Notes: generated by a model not told the origin, from the sequence alone. A stretch of DNA of 63,693 nucleotides, filler included, from Octopus bimaculoides (GCF_001194135.2; 7 parts of 6 records of this genome joined end to end with filler, not necessarily neighbours in it), one strand, 5' to 3'. Positions 37,997-51,300 are shown, counted from the whole stretch's first letter. Numbers and translations: made by a program.

Positions 37997-40970
37997 ACAT
38001 TGTATGTTCCTTCATACTTAAGGAAATGGTAGATCAATTCCCAAACATTAGGTGGGAAGGTCTGTATAGGGATGATTGCTTCTTATATCTTAGGAATAGC
38101 TCTAAACAACAGTACAAAGGGTTAAGAATATATTAGCTAGATTTTTTCGCCGAATGGGAATGCGCATAATTTTTGAAGATGATACATCTTTAGCTAAATT
38201 TTTTAGATGTAACATTGGACCTGTATAATAAAACATATAGACCATATCATAAGCCTTCTACTAACCTTAAATACATTATCAAATTTAGTAATCACCCCAA
38301 ATCAATAACCGATAATTTGGTTCATAATATATATATCACTAAGATTATCTAACCTATCGGCAAATACCTATGTTTTCGAGAATGAGGCAAAATTCTATAA
38401 CTCTGCCTTATCTAAAGCAGGTTATAAAGATAAGGTATACTATATTATACCAGATTCTGATTCATCTAATGCAGGTGTAAATTGTAGCAATATCAATAAT
38501 AACATTAATACTACTAATAATAATATTAACATGGTATGAAAGAATAAAGGCAAACCACAATACCCTTGTCATGTATCCAACACTAACAAAGATAGAGTAA
38601 AATTTTTTAGGAATAGTTGTGATAGCTATAATTCCAAAAATGAGGATAATTTATGGTTCGTTATTCCATTTGGTAAACAAATTAAATCAAACTTAATTAC
38701 CCTGTTCAGGAATGTAGTTAGTAAAAATTTTCCCCAAAACTCGCATTACTATAAAGTCACTAACGCACATAAGGTAAGGCTTGGCTTTTCTAATACCAAA
38801 AATTTAACACAACTTATCGCCACCCATAACTTAAAACTATTAAGCTCTAATTTTATTGAAGATTCTAGTAACATAAATATAGGTAATAATCTGAATTTTC
38901 CAGGTGACACAGTTATAGATAATCTAAAAGTAAACAATAATAATAATAGTACCAATTTTAATAATAACAACATAATAGTAATATCTGAAATTAATCCTAA
39001 TAGAATCAAATTCCTAAGTGCAAATGCAAAAACTAAAAAATACTGTATACAGGTGTAATGTTTTAACCAAGAATGGAATTTGGAGTTATATTGGCTCATC
39101 GTCACTTGAAATCTCGAGAATATCGAACCATTACTCATCATTTAGAGACAGAAAAAACAAAATAGCACGGCGTTAGTAGTTTAATTTGGCAACTGAAAGA
39201 CCAAAATAAGGAGTACTCTTTAGAACGGTCAATTCTAGGAAAATCGTTTTCGTATGACAAGGGCAAAAATTTTTGTTCCCTATGTAATTTTTGTTCCCTA
39301 TATAATTGTATTTCATACTTTTTACTAAGGGTGACCTGATTAACAAAATCACATTTAGATCTTTCAGATGTTTACATATGAATAAACATACATTTTTGTT
39401 CTATTAATCGATATTATTAATCTAATTTAGTGAGGTTAGTTTACTACATAGTTTCATTTTATTTTAATTTGGTTTAGCTTTAACCACATACCGTGATATT
39501 ATATTAAATGTGTTTAGCTTTAATTTAATATAACCTTTTCTTATTGGTAAGTTTTGTTCCTATTTAATTGTAATTTCCCTTGTAATTCTTTGTATAGATG
39601 ATATTGAAATTTTCTTTGACTGCTTGAACTATCTTTTTAATCCATTTATTTATTTAATCTTATTACTAAGTTAATGTACAATTAAGACTAGATTTAGATG
39701 GTTGCTATTTGAGTGTAACTTAATTTAGTTTACTTTGTAATTTATAATTTATAATCTCTTATTTATCTTGACAACATATCCTTTATTGGTCTCTATAAGA
39801 TTATTATAATTTTTAAAAAAAATCAAAATCAGTATAACAATGTGATAGGATCAATAACATTGACTGATTCATTTAGATTTTCTAAAAACACACATATATA
39901 TTAATTTGCTAGATTTACCTCTCTTTGACCATGAATTTAAGTCTTACATGGTTAACTCTGGATGTATTATTTCTTTTTCATAATATAATACGTTTTTAAA
40001 AAAAATTCTTTTTTTAAGTGAGTTGAATTTTTGTTCCTAAGTATCTACTGAATTATCTAATATAATGGTGTCATTTTCAGCTAGTTACTTTACATCATAA
40101 AAATTACTTAATTTTTCAGTTATATTTTTTTATATGTGAGTTATTTACGATTATACCGTAATATTTGTTTACTTTTTATGCTATCGATTAAATCCACTAC
40201 TTCTTTTGATATTATTCTTAATATTGTATTTAAACCCCATTACTAAGTTAATTAATTTAATTTTTCTTTAAATTTGTTAGCTGCAATGTGAATGTATCCT
40301 AATTCATTTCACTTATTTTTATTCATTATTTATAATTTTGATAGCAGCAATATAAATGTAACCTAATTTATATATGTTTTTACTTATTATTTCTCATTTT
40401 TTACAATTTATATTCTCTAATCTATGCGGTTTACATAACCATATAAAGTCTCATTACTGTTCTAAATCTTAAATCAATATAATTTTTTGTTTAGATTATG
40501 TACATTTGAGTAGATTATATTATATTATACATAAGCATTATTTATTAGATTTACCTCTCTTTGATTATTAACTTGTAAAAATATTTTTAATATTTTCAAT
40601 ATATAGCAGTTTATTTTCTTCTTTCTTTGTTTTATTTACTTTCATAAGTCCAACGGATTTTTAAGAAAATGACAGCGTCCCTTACTCGTTCGCTACTTAA
40701 CATCATAGGCTAATATCTTAACTTAACAACACTTCTCACTTACTCTGCTTTCTAACGGTTTTCAAGACCGATATTCTATACAGTATCAATATGTTTCATG
40801 TCTTTTCAACCTGTTTATATACATGTAATTTTAGGACAACTATTAATGTTGTCTGTTTTTTACTGCCTGCTATGAATTAAGTAATATGACCCTGAAGAGA
40901 TACAATATTCCATATTTTATAATATGCATGAGTTTATCTGGATATTGCATCGAAATGATCATAGGTCATA
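37991..40970 (+). mobile_element. Naiad-type Penelope-like element, 3' portion (RT C-half, thumb, GIY-YIG, long 3' region, terminal hammerhead)
   Basis: GLYRDD, YRPYHKPSTNLKYIIKFSNHP, NNLWFVIPF...KNFP, TVYRCNV..SYIGSS, SLIWQLKD, FCSLCN. AT-rich 3' region ends in a hammerhead. Confidence 0.88.
40885..40970 (+). ncRNA. Intact minimal type-I hammerhead ribozyme (PLE pLTR)
   Basis: TATGACC-CTGAAGA-[stem II 11/12 bp]-GAA-A-TGATCA-T-A-GGTCATA. Perfect 7-bp stem I, palindromic ATGATCAT, predicted AUA cleavage after 40963. Confidence 0.88.
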
Positions 40971-41076
40971 ATAAAGTTTTTATAATGGATCGTCTTTTAG
41001 CACTTATTTAAATTGATATATATAAAAGATTAAAAAAACAGTGGAAAAACTACAGAAGGCTAGTGTTATATTATTA

Positions 41077-41281
41077 AAGTATATGTTTAAATCGTTCGTT
41101 GTGTTTTCCAAAACGGAGGCGAACACCTTTCGGCTTGAAAAATTAAGACTAGGATATTTTCCTACTTTTAACATGAAACCAATAGTAGCCTTAATTCACA
41201 AATAAAGAAATTATATCCCCTAATGCGGTGTTGAACACTCATTTTCATCGTTCGACATTTATATATATATATAACACGCTC

Positions 41282-41319
<38 letters not shown>

Positions 41320-41669
41320 NNNNNNNNNNNNNNNNNNNNNNNNNNNNNNNNNNNNNNNNNNNNNNNNNNNNNNNNNNNNNNNNNNNNNNNNNNNNNNNNN
41401 NNNNNNNNNNNNNNNNNNNNNNNNNNNNNNNNNNNNNNNNNNNNNNNNNNNNATATATACACATGAGCGTGTTATATATATATATATATGTCGAACGATG
41501 AAAATGAGTGTTCAACACCGCATTAGGGGATATAATTTCTTTATTTGTGAATTAAGGCTACTATTGGTTTCATGTTAAAAGTAGGAAAATATCCTAGTCT
41601 TAATTTTTCAAGCCGAAAGGTGTTCGCCTCCGTTTTGGAAAACACAACGAACGATTTAAACATATACTT
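41077..41669. repeat. Near-perfect ~215-bp inverted repeat around (TA)n plus gap
   Basis: 41077-~41290 is the reverse complement of ~41455-41669; I see one difference, in a TA tract. Confidence 0.9.
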
Positions 41670-41743
41670 CGTAGGCGGAAACTGAAAGAAGTCTGTCGAA
41701 TATATATATATTCGACAGACTTCTTTCAGTTTCCGCCTACGAA
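41668..41743. repeat. Perfect 76-bp palindrome centred on (TA)n, derived from a SINE
   Basis: ttcgtaggcggaaactgaaagaagtctgtcgaa-tatatatata-ttcgacagacttctttcagtttccgcctacgaa. Confidence 0.95.
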
Positions 41744-41850
41744 AATCCTCACAAAGCTTTGGTGAGGCCGAGGCTATAGCAGAAGACTCTTGCCCTAGGT
41801 GCTACACAATAAGAATAAACTCGAAACAATGTGCTTGCGTAAAGAAATGG
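41703..41850 (-). mobile_element. SINE 5' half (family as at 57523)
   Basis: Minus strand gcacctagggcaagagtcttctgctatagcctcgg..caccaaagctttgtgagg. Confidence 0.75.
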
Positions 41851-42601
41851 TGCATCGGCCGGGAATGTATATGCAGTTTTTTTGGGGTGATTTTGGCAAC
41901 GTTCTCTATATATATATGCATTACGATGTGTATCTATCATGTTTGATATGTTTGTACATATGTGAGCGCGTGTGTTTGTATGCTTGTTTGTGCGCGCGCT
42001 TATGTGCGAGTACATTTGTGCTTGTTAATATATAAATCTGAGCCTACCTCTTGCACAACCTTCATGTCAAGCTTCATACCCTTGACCTGTTGATATACAT
42101 CTGCAAAATGAAAATATAATTCAAATAGAAACAATTCATTGGATTACACAATAACCTCCACTAAACAAATGGCCAAATAACAGACAGTCGATTCTCCCTC
42201 TGTTCCTACCTTACCTTCTTAAATAATAGTAGGGCATTTGTTGTCAAGTAGATAAAAATGAAATGCCTTTCGTCTTCATTTTGCTCTATCAGGGTTGACA
42301 TATAACTGAACAAAGACATCATCAAAATAATGTTCAATCAAAAGCATGTCTACGCCAAGACTCCTCCGTATCAATTCTTTTCAACTCTTTTTAATCTGCG
42401 TATACATGTTAAGAATTGATGCGCGCAAAAATTCCTTAATTGAAATTTTCCTTTTAGTTGGAGTAAAAGAAAAAATAGCATCACCTGTTAGTACCAGCTA
42501 AAAGAAACGCAGATTCATTTCAGTGCTTATGGGAAGGAAAACTCTGATCATTGTTTGCATCAAATGACAATTACGAAATGTTAGACACTTTCAATATAGT
42601 A

Positions 42602-43848
42602 CGACGGGGTAACCCCAAAACATCAGAATTTTGCAATATTATTTTATTCACTTAGTTTTACATGTTTGCACTTTTATCGCCTTCAATGTATTCTCCACTG
42701 TTCGAAGCAGTCCTAGAACTCCTGCGAAGTGATACCTTTTAACGCCTCCATCGTTTCTTACTTCACATCTTCCACATCTGCAAAACGTGTTCCTTTAAGG
42801 ACTTTTTTCATTCGGGGGAACAAAAAATAGTTGTAGGGAGCAGAATGTGGGTAAACGGTGTCATGCCATTTTTTATCAAAACATTTCTCACACTCAAGGC
42901 GGTATGCGAAGGTGCATTGTCGTGATGATACCACCACTCTCCACTTTGACACTGGTCGGGACGTTTTCGTCTTGCCGTGTCTAGCAAATGCTTCAGAACT
43001 GCCAAGTAAAATGTCTTGTCAACAGTTTGACCAGGTGGAATAAATGCTGTGTGGACAAATCCTTTCGCATTGAAACAAATCAGCATTGTCTTCACATTGA
43101 ACTTCGCTTGACGCACTTTTGGTGGGGCTTGGGGACGTTGAATGTTCCATTGACTTGGTTGCTGCTTCGTTTCTGGGTCGAACCCATAACACCAGCTTTC
43201 GTAACCAGTGATGACTTTCGAAAAAACGTCCGGATCAACTTCCAACTGTTCTTTCAGTTCACGACACACATTGGGTCATGGTTGCTTTTAATCTTCCGTG
43301 AGTGAGACACAAATTTTGCTGCAACTCTTTTCGATCTCAATTCCTAGCTCAAAATTCGTTGCCAGGAGCTCCAGGACGCATCAGTCATAATAATAAGTTC
43401 GTCAATTGTTCGGCGACGGTCCTCCAATTTCCGTGATATTTTCATTCGTTCAGAAGTTCGACGGTCGCCCTGAACGAGGTTGGTCTTCAAGAGACATGTT
43501 ACAATTCCTAAAGTGTGAAAACCACTTGTAAACATGTGCTTTGCTCATGGCAGTGTCCTTGTAAGCTGTTTGAAGCATAAGAACTATTTCAGCCACCTTT
43601 TTCCCCAGCAGAAAACAGAATTTGATAGAAGTACGCTGTCCTTTCGTTTCAGTCATCGCAAAAATCGACGAACAAGGGAGAAGCACAGCAAAACAAAGAC
43701 GCACCACGTGGCAGTACGACTTCGCACGACGACTCCTGTCGGCAGACTAATGTCTGAGTGTCGCATCAAGTGGCTTCTAGCGGCGGAACCCTGAACTACA
43801 ACGGGCTTGTCTTACACAGAACGTTTCCGGTTACTTGCGAAACGGTTA
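42602..43848 (-). mobile_element. mariner (DD34D) transposon, decayed
   Basis: MTETKGQRTSIKFCFLLGK, EDQPRSGRP, ITGYESWCYGFDPETKQQ, HHDNAPSHTA, YFLFPRMKKVLKGTRF. About 1.25 kb, degenerate TIRs. Confidence 0.92.
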
Positions 43849-43914
43849 ATACAGACTGCCAGTCAATTAACATTTATATATACAAAATGAAGTGTGTTAT
43901 GAATAATTTATAAC

Positions 43915-44357
43915 CACTATCCCTTAACATACTTACGCATGCTGTTGACCCAAATCAAATCTTTCCGTTTGCTCCTCTTGCTTTTTAATTATTCAAATTA
44001 TTGTAGCCTAAATGTATTCAAAACTATTTTCTATATGCATAATTATAAAAAAGAAATTTCAAATGGGTCAATTTCACAAATTTGGATGATGTACGAAATG
44101 TCGGACGCAACAAATATTTAACTGACATTTCCCTCACATTGAAAGAAAGGAGAAAAAAACAGCTAACGGTAATTCTCCCAACGAAGAGGATAAAATATCA
44201 AAAATATAGGTTGTTTTGTTTGCTGGCAGTCACTACACTATCCCTTAACATACTTACGCATACTGTTGACCCAAATCAAATCTTCCGTTTGCTCCTCTTG
44301 ATTTTTAATTATTCAAATTATTGTAGCCTAAATGTATTCAAAACTATTTTCTATATG
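43915..44357 (+). repeat. Direct duplication of ~123 bp (43915-44037 and 44236-44357)
   Basis: Near-identical copies with period 321 bp. Confidence 0.9.
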
Positions 44358-45872
44358 TAAAAATATGTCACTAATCAAGCAGACTTCATGACTGAAACAT
44401 TCCTATTTCTGTTCTTTGCCTGCAAAGATCAGATTTACGTTCCGATAAGTTACCAACAATAATTACTGCTATTATTTTTAAAAGAGAAATATACCATGAA
44501 TTAAGACATTCACTACATCACCTCTTAACTTCTTTATCCAGATTCAGATTATAGGCTCACAATGAATCATGTCTTTTTTTTTTCTGTTTTTCGTCTGTAG
44601 CACTTTCAGACGATTTTGACTCTTCGTTGCGAATGTGAATCTGAGAAACCATAAATATTTTTAATATGTAAAAGAAAAGATTAGTCCTAGGAAATTAGTG
44701 GGAGTCTGCTTCGGCAACAGTTATACAGTTTTATTCGTTGAGGAGAAGAGAACCAGATATTTCAGGATTATTCCTTCTGGTAAATCCGAAGTTAGGCCTA
44801 GTGTAAAGAGACATAACTAACTAATTCATACATCGTAATCAATCGGATATGATTGATTTTCAAGTAGTAGTTGCTTTACTTTCTGTGTTAGATTTTAAAT
44901 TGATAGAGCAACAATAACGAATGTCGGAGCAGAGTTGTTGTTCAACACCAGGTCAACATGATCAAGCAGATCTGTGATCAAAGTTATTTCGGCGGTTAAA
45001 ATTTCGTCTTTTCGGATATTTTTTGCCTCAGAGTTTCAGATTAGATTATCCCACAACATTGCTTTGCTAAGATGATAAACTGTAAATAGAAAGTGGTTTA
45101 GCTGATACTTCCAGAAGGTCAAGCGACTAGATAGATTTTTCCCTTATTGACTTCTTGCATCGTTTTTAATAGGATGAAAGGGACAGAGTCGATGTCAATG
45201 GGATTTACTTTTGGTTTTGTTATTCAATGACTTAGTCTGTGGTAGATGGGCAGAGTCATGATACTTTTAAGAGCCTCTATGACGAATTGACAGAGTCGTT
45301 AGAGCGTAGATTTTAGCGATATTTGCTACAGCTTTCAGTGCTGTGAGTTCAAAGCTAACCAAAATAACTACATTTCATCCTTTCAGGATCGACAAAAAAA
45401 AGTTGTATTCCATAGCGGTGGATCGACGGAATAGTTGGAGCGTCTATTAAGATGCCTTTCGTTATTTGTTCAGGATCTTTACGTTCTGTGTTCTTAGATG
45501 CTGAACTAAATTATCATTCGGATTAGCAACATCGACTGGACCTTTGGTACCTTTAGCAGAATTCATATTGTATCAACTCTTAGGATGAGGTCCTTCGCTT
45601 CAGGATGATTTTGTTCCATCACTCATAGAGGATACTGAAAATTTTAAGTGTCATAGACATAACCCTTCCCATTCTAACTAAACAGAACACAAGAAATGGT
45701 AATAAAAAATTCAACGAACGTGATTGCCGAGCAACATCAAGAAATGAACAGAGAGGAAGATGACTGAGAAACTGATGAAGTCAACTGGTGAACGGGACAA
45801 AGGAGATTGCTTTACTGGCTAGTTAGGAATCTTTAAGCTCATTAATAATTAAGTGAAATGATTTAACAGACC

Positions 45873-45928
<56 letters not shown>
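45873..45928. repeat. (TAA)n microsatellite
   Basis: Direct reading; 5' flank of the LINE at 45929. Confidence 0.95.
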
Positions 45929-46727
45929 GATCAATGCCTACCTACAAAGAACTACCAGGCCAACATATTAAAGAACGGCAGCTCCCCATTATGTCGTATA
46001 TGCCAACAACAAAATGAGACCATCGATCATGTTGTCTCCATGTGCAGTCTGCTTGCGCCTACAGAGTATCTCAACAGGCATGATAGAGCTGCACAATANN
46101 NNNNNNNNNNNNNNNNNNNNNNNNNNNNNNNNNNNNNNNNNNNNNNNNNNNNNNNNNNNNNNNNNNNNNNNNNNNNNNNNNNNNNNNNNNNNNNNNNNNN
46201 NNNNNNNNNNNNNNNNNNNNNNNNNNNNNNNNNNNNNNNNNNNNNNNNNNNNNNNNNNNNNNNNNNNNNNNNNNNNNNNNNNNNNNNNNNNNNNNNNNNN
46301 NNNNNNNNNNNNNNNNNNNNNNNNNNNNNNNNNNNNNNNNNNNNNNNNNNNNNNNNNNNNNNNNNNNNNNNNNNNNNNNNNNNNNNAATACCTATTGTCA
46401 TAGGTGCCCTGGGAATGACAGCGAAACGGGCTGATTACTACCTAGCTCAGATACCAGGAAACCCCAAAATGGCTGAAGTCCAAAAGATAGTGCTCATGGG
46501 AACTGCCCATATCCTACGTAAAATACTGTCTATGTGATCTCAAATTTTAAAGCAAACATAATTTTCTTATGGTTTCTTAAACATTCACTTGAACAAAACT
46601 GTACAAATCCAAATATATGGTACCCTAGGCATAACACCTACATGAACTTCTAACTTGTTGTCTCTTGAGGTCTCTGGGTGAGACTTGGATCCAACTTGTA
46701 CAAATGCAAAACAAAAGTCAAACATAA
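45929..46727 (+). mobile_element. R4/Dong-clade LINE, 5'-truncated (copy A)
   Basis: CCHC knuckle PLCRICQQQNETIDHVVSMC..EYLNRHD, C-terminus IPIVIGALG..VQKIVLMGTAHILRKILSM* (46537), 190-bp 3' UTR. (TAA)n on both sides. Confidence 0.88.
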
Positions 46728-46752
46728 AATAATAATAATAATAATAATAATG

Positions 46753-47108
46753 ACAAGAGCACTCAGAGAGCGCATACCTCCACCAAGGCAACACCAACGT
46801 CCTCTCAACGATTAGCCAGAGATGGTTTTCAAAATAAGAATATCTGAAATAAACTCGACTGCTCTCACAAATGAGAATACTAAAAATGAACCTGACAGCT
46901 CTCAAAAATTAAGTAAAAAACCGGAAAAATAATCCAGAATCCTTGTCCGGTACCGGATTGATCCCAAAATCGTGCTATTCACGAAGCCAAGCATCTCCAA
47001 AAGTTTCGTCCGAATCCATCCAGCAGTTCTTGAGATATCTTGTCCACCGACAAACAAACAAACAAACACGACTGAAGACAATACCTCCGCCTTCGCTAAG
47101 GCAGAAGT
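46753..47108 (+). mobile_element. Non-autonomous Helentron/DINE-like (HINE-type) element
   Basis: Starts acaagagcactcagagagcgc; subterminal acctccaccaagg; internal (CAAA)n; 3' hairpin acctccgcctt-cgct-aaggcagaagt (47083-47108). Sits in (TAA)n. Confidence 0.65.
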
Positions 47109-47117
47109 AATAATAAG

Positions 47118-47688
47118 ACTGAGGAAATGGAAGAGTTCTGGAAGAAGATATGGAGCAACAAAAAAGAATATAATACTGAAGCTTACTGGATAGAACGTGA
47201 GAAAGTGAAACTGGATGAAGTTGAAGAGTAGAAATACGAGGCAATAGAAATAGAAGACCTAAGATGCGTTCTTAGAAAGTCTCACAAATGGAGAACCCCA
47301 GGAATGGACCGGATCTCTAACTTCTGGCCGAATTGTTTGACAAAGCACACCAAAATTTTGCTGCATCCCTAACTGATGTCATCTAGAACCCAGAGCAAAT
47401 ACCCGCCCGGCTGGCTGAAGGAACAATACACCTTCTACCAAAAACAAGGTAGCATGGCCAAGTGGAACGCACGTCTCCTTCTAAACCATAGTAATAGGAT
47501 GAGGCAATCCAACAGCATCAACATCAAAATAGGCATCTTTCAGGGTAACTCCCTCTCCCCATTATTCACTGATCCCACTCACAAACGAACTGAGTAACAC
47601 CAGGTATGAGTTCAAAATGTATTATCTATAATATAAATCCCATTCTCTGTGTGTGCGTGTGTATGTGTGTGTGTGCGTGTGTGTGCGT

Positions 47689-47738
<50 letters not shown>

Positions 47739-48333
47739 CACATTATAAAGGCCGTATTTTTCAACTGATTTTCTCCAAACTGTGAACATACATTACTTAT
47801 GTTCCAGGGATGGTTTTAGACTCTTAAAACTTCTTACAAGTAATGGGTCCCCTGGGGGCAGAAGACACCTGTTCCTGGGTTACGTGGGGAAGAGAGGTAA
47901 CTCTTTGCGAAGTAACTTTCAGAAATTTGTTGTCTCCCTTACACCCATTCCGCAAAAACATATCACAATCTCATCTGATACATAAAATAGAGATGTGTGT
48001 GTATTCACTTTTCACAGGAAAACGGCTTCAACCAATTGCTTCCATACTTGTGATGCGGGAATAATTTAACCTCGGATATATGTCAGGCTCTTCATTTGAT
48101 TTTTTAATTAAAAATAAAGAATATCACTTTTTATTTAACATTCATGTCTTTGAAAGTTTTTTAGAATATTCACCTCCAGTTTTCTAGCGACAGTGACATC
48201 TATATCTCTCTGTCTATATGTCTATCTATTTCTATCTCTCTCTATCCATCTCTATGCTCATATCTGTCTATCTCTCTATCTCTCTGTATCTATCTGTCTA
48301 TATCTTATTTGTCTAACTAGCTAGCTAGCTAGT

Positions 48334-48373
<40 letters not shown>

Positions 48374-51300
48374 NNNNNNNNNNNNNNNNNNNNNNNNNNN
48401 NNNNNNNNNNNNNNNNNNNNNNNNNNNNNNNNNNNNNNNNNNNNNNNNNNNNNNNNNNNNNNNNNNNNNNNNNNNNNNNNNNNNNNNNNNNNNNNNNNNN
48501 NNNNNNNNNNNNNNNNNNNNNNNNNNNNNNNNNNNNNNNNNNNNNNNNNNNNNNNNNNNNNNNNNNNNNNNNNNNNNNNNNNNNNNNNNNNNNCTTTAAT
48601 CCGTACACTTCATTGAATTTGCCTACAAATTTCTTATTTACTTTTGTAATGTTTTGTGTTTTTTTTTTATTGACAGAATTACTGATAAAAGTAAGTTCAT
48701 AATTTACTGTCAGATGTAACTTAAAAAATTTCACTTAAATCCGTACACTTAGTAATTTCCAGAAAAATTTCTTATTTACTTTTGCAACGGTTTTGTGGCG
48801 TTCTGTTGCTAACGGCTTTTTTTCTGGTTCCTTCGATACTGCCTCTATGGTTCACTAAGGGGCAAATTTCGCTTCAACCCGTACAAGTCTTTATATTCCG
48901 TAATTTCTGCCAGTCATATTAAGAAATATAATTTCCGTTACCCAGTTATTTTCATTGTTTTCTATCTTCTGCACCCGTGTATTTCTATATATGTATACAA
49001 CCATGCCTAGAAGAAAATGTCAAATTTGTCTACAATGTCATGGTCAGCCAAAAGAATGTCTCTGTCCAGGGAAAGAAAGACAGCTGCAGAAAGGGAAGCA
49101 TACCAAGAAACGAGATTGTGCCCTACAACAGTGAGAACATCTCAAAGTTATGAACAGAAGTATACATAGCTGACAAGGAGTAAATCCCCACTGAAGAACG
49201 AAAAGCAATTGCAACAGCTTAAAAATGCAATTTCCACGAAGCAGCTTCCAATTATGATACAAAAGTTCATTATGCAGATGACACTAGAGTTTCCACTGGT
49301 GCAATGACAACTGAGTGCATACATTGTAAAGCAAGGAAGTGGCCAGGAGAGGCACCTGTACTTTGCTGCAGTACCTGCAATACCCCAACCTCCAGAGCCA
49401 TTGAAGAAACTGTTGTCAACTGACCAAGATTCCAAGATTCCAAGATTCCAAGTACTCCCAAAGCAAAATTAGACAATACAACGCTGCACTACATGTGACA
49501 ATATTTGGAGCCACAAGAGATTTAACTGAGCTAGGATTCATGCAAACTTTCAAGATCCAAGGTCAGATCTATCATCGGATTGGCTCTCTAATACCTCTGT
49601 CAAATAAGTCAACAAAATCGGCCTTTGATTGTTTATAATCTGTACCTGATTTTTGGTTACAAAATAAGCTACACAAAACGTGTTTTTGAATTACGAGTAT
49701 TTATATACATATATGAGTTGAAAACTTTCTTTTAACATTTCACTTAACGTCTATGGTCCATGTAGTTGAGAGTTGTGTAATCTAGACGGCATTTTTTTAT
49801 TTCTTTATTCTCTTTAAGCCGGGCAACGTCTGGTATTTCTGCTAGTATTATAGTAAATCCGCTATTTCATATGAACGATCTGAAGCTGTTTCCTAGAAAT
49901 TACGAAGAGCTAGTAGGCCTGTTAACAACTGTTAAAGAGTTCAGTAATAATATTGAGATGGATATTGGCCTTGATAAGTGTGGTGTGCTAAAGCAACTTT
50001 TGCAAGAGGAAAGCTCAACCAAACAGCTTCCATTAATTCAGATACCGACACTGCCATCAAGGAGCTTGACCCACAAGAAAGCTATAAATACCTGGTAGAT
50101 AAACGAAGGAGACGGTATACAACATGCTACTATGAAGGAAAAAATACGAAAGGAGTATTACAAAAACTAAAAACTCCAAAAATCTCATCGAGTAGTCCAA
50201 TACAGTTTTACATCATTAACTGGAATCTTAAAGAACACCAACGCCCAGACAGGAAGGGAAGAAAACTACTAACATTTAAGAACATGCACCACCCAAAAGC
50301 AGACGTTGCTCGTCTGTACCTACCTAGAAGAAATGAAGGAAGAGGAATGATACAGGTAGAACTGTGCAATAGGACCTCCAAAACAGTAATGAAAGAGTAC
50401 TTATCGAGTACAGAGAACTGGATGCTGCGGCTTGTACGCAAACACGAAAGCAGCAAAACTCACATTCTATTGTCAAGGAAGCTAGCAAATTCGCAAGGGA
50501 ACTTGGCATTATCCCTGAATTAGATGAAGAGCCAGAAACCACTGCCACGAAAAAAGCAAAATGGATCAAACAGACTTCAAAAAAGAACGGGCAGAAACAA
50601 ATTGAGGAGCGGTGGAGCCAGAAGCCTTTGAATGGACAGTATACACTTCAAGCTGAAATGCTGATGTAGACCAAGCAACAACCCATCAGTGGCTGAGAAA
50701 CTCAGGGCTGAAAACAGAGACTGAAGAATTCATATTGGTGGCACAAGATCAAAGCTTGCTTACCAAAAACTACCAGTCTATCGTTCTTCAAAACGGTTCT
50801 GACTCTAAATGCAGATTTTGCGATAAATTTGATGATACAATAGACCATCTCGTCTTGGGGTGTCCTGTGCTGACACCAAACGAATACAAAAATCGCCACG
50901 ATAGTGTAGGACAGTATTTACATTGGAAAATATGTAAATACTACGAAATCAGCACTCATGCTTACTGGTATGAACATCATCCTGAGCCAGTTGTTGAAGG
51001 TAAAAATGTCACTATCCTCTGGAATTTTCCAGTCAATACCGACAGAATGATCCAGGTTAATCGACCAGACATTGTCATTAAAGACAGAGAAGAAAAAACT
51101 TGTAGACTAACAGATATAAGTGTTCCCACTGATAAAAAATATATCTGTAAAGGAATTTGACAAATTAACTAAATATAAGGACCTGGAAATTGAAATACAA
51201 AAGATGTGGCATCTTAAAGCAAGAAATGTTCCTGTTATTGTGGGTGCCCTAATTATGATAAGAAAAGGGTGTCAGAAACGTCTAGATAATATCGCTGGAG

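Noticed and set aside
38990-40885. Selenoprotein-encoding Naiad (UGA-Sec plus SECIS)
   Set aside because: I see no in-frame TGA at the visible Cys positions, part of the Cys motif is deleted, and I cannot identify a SECIS by eye.
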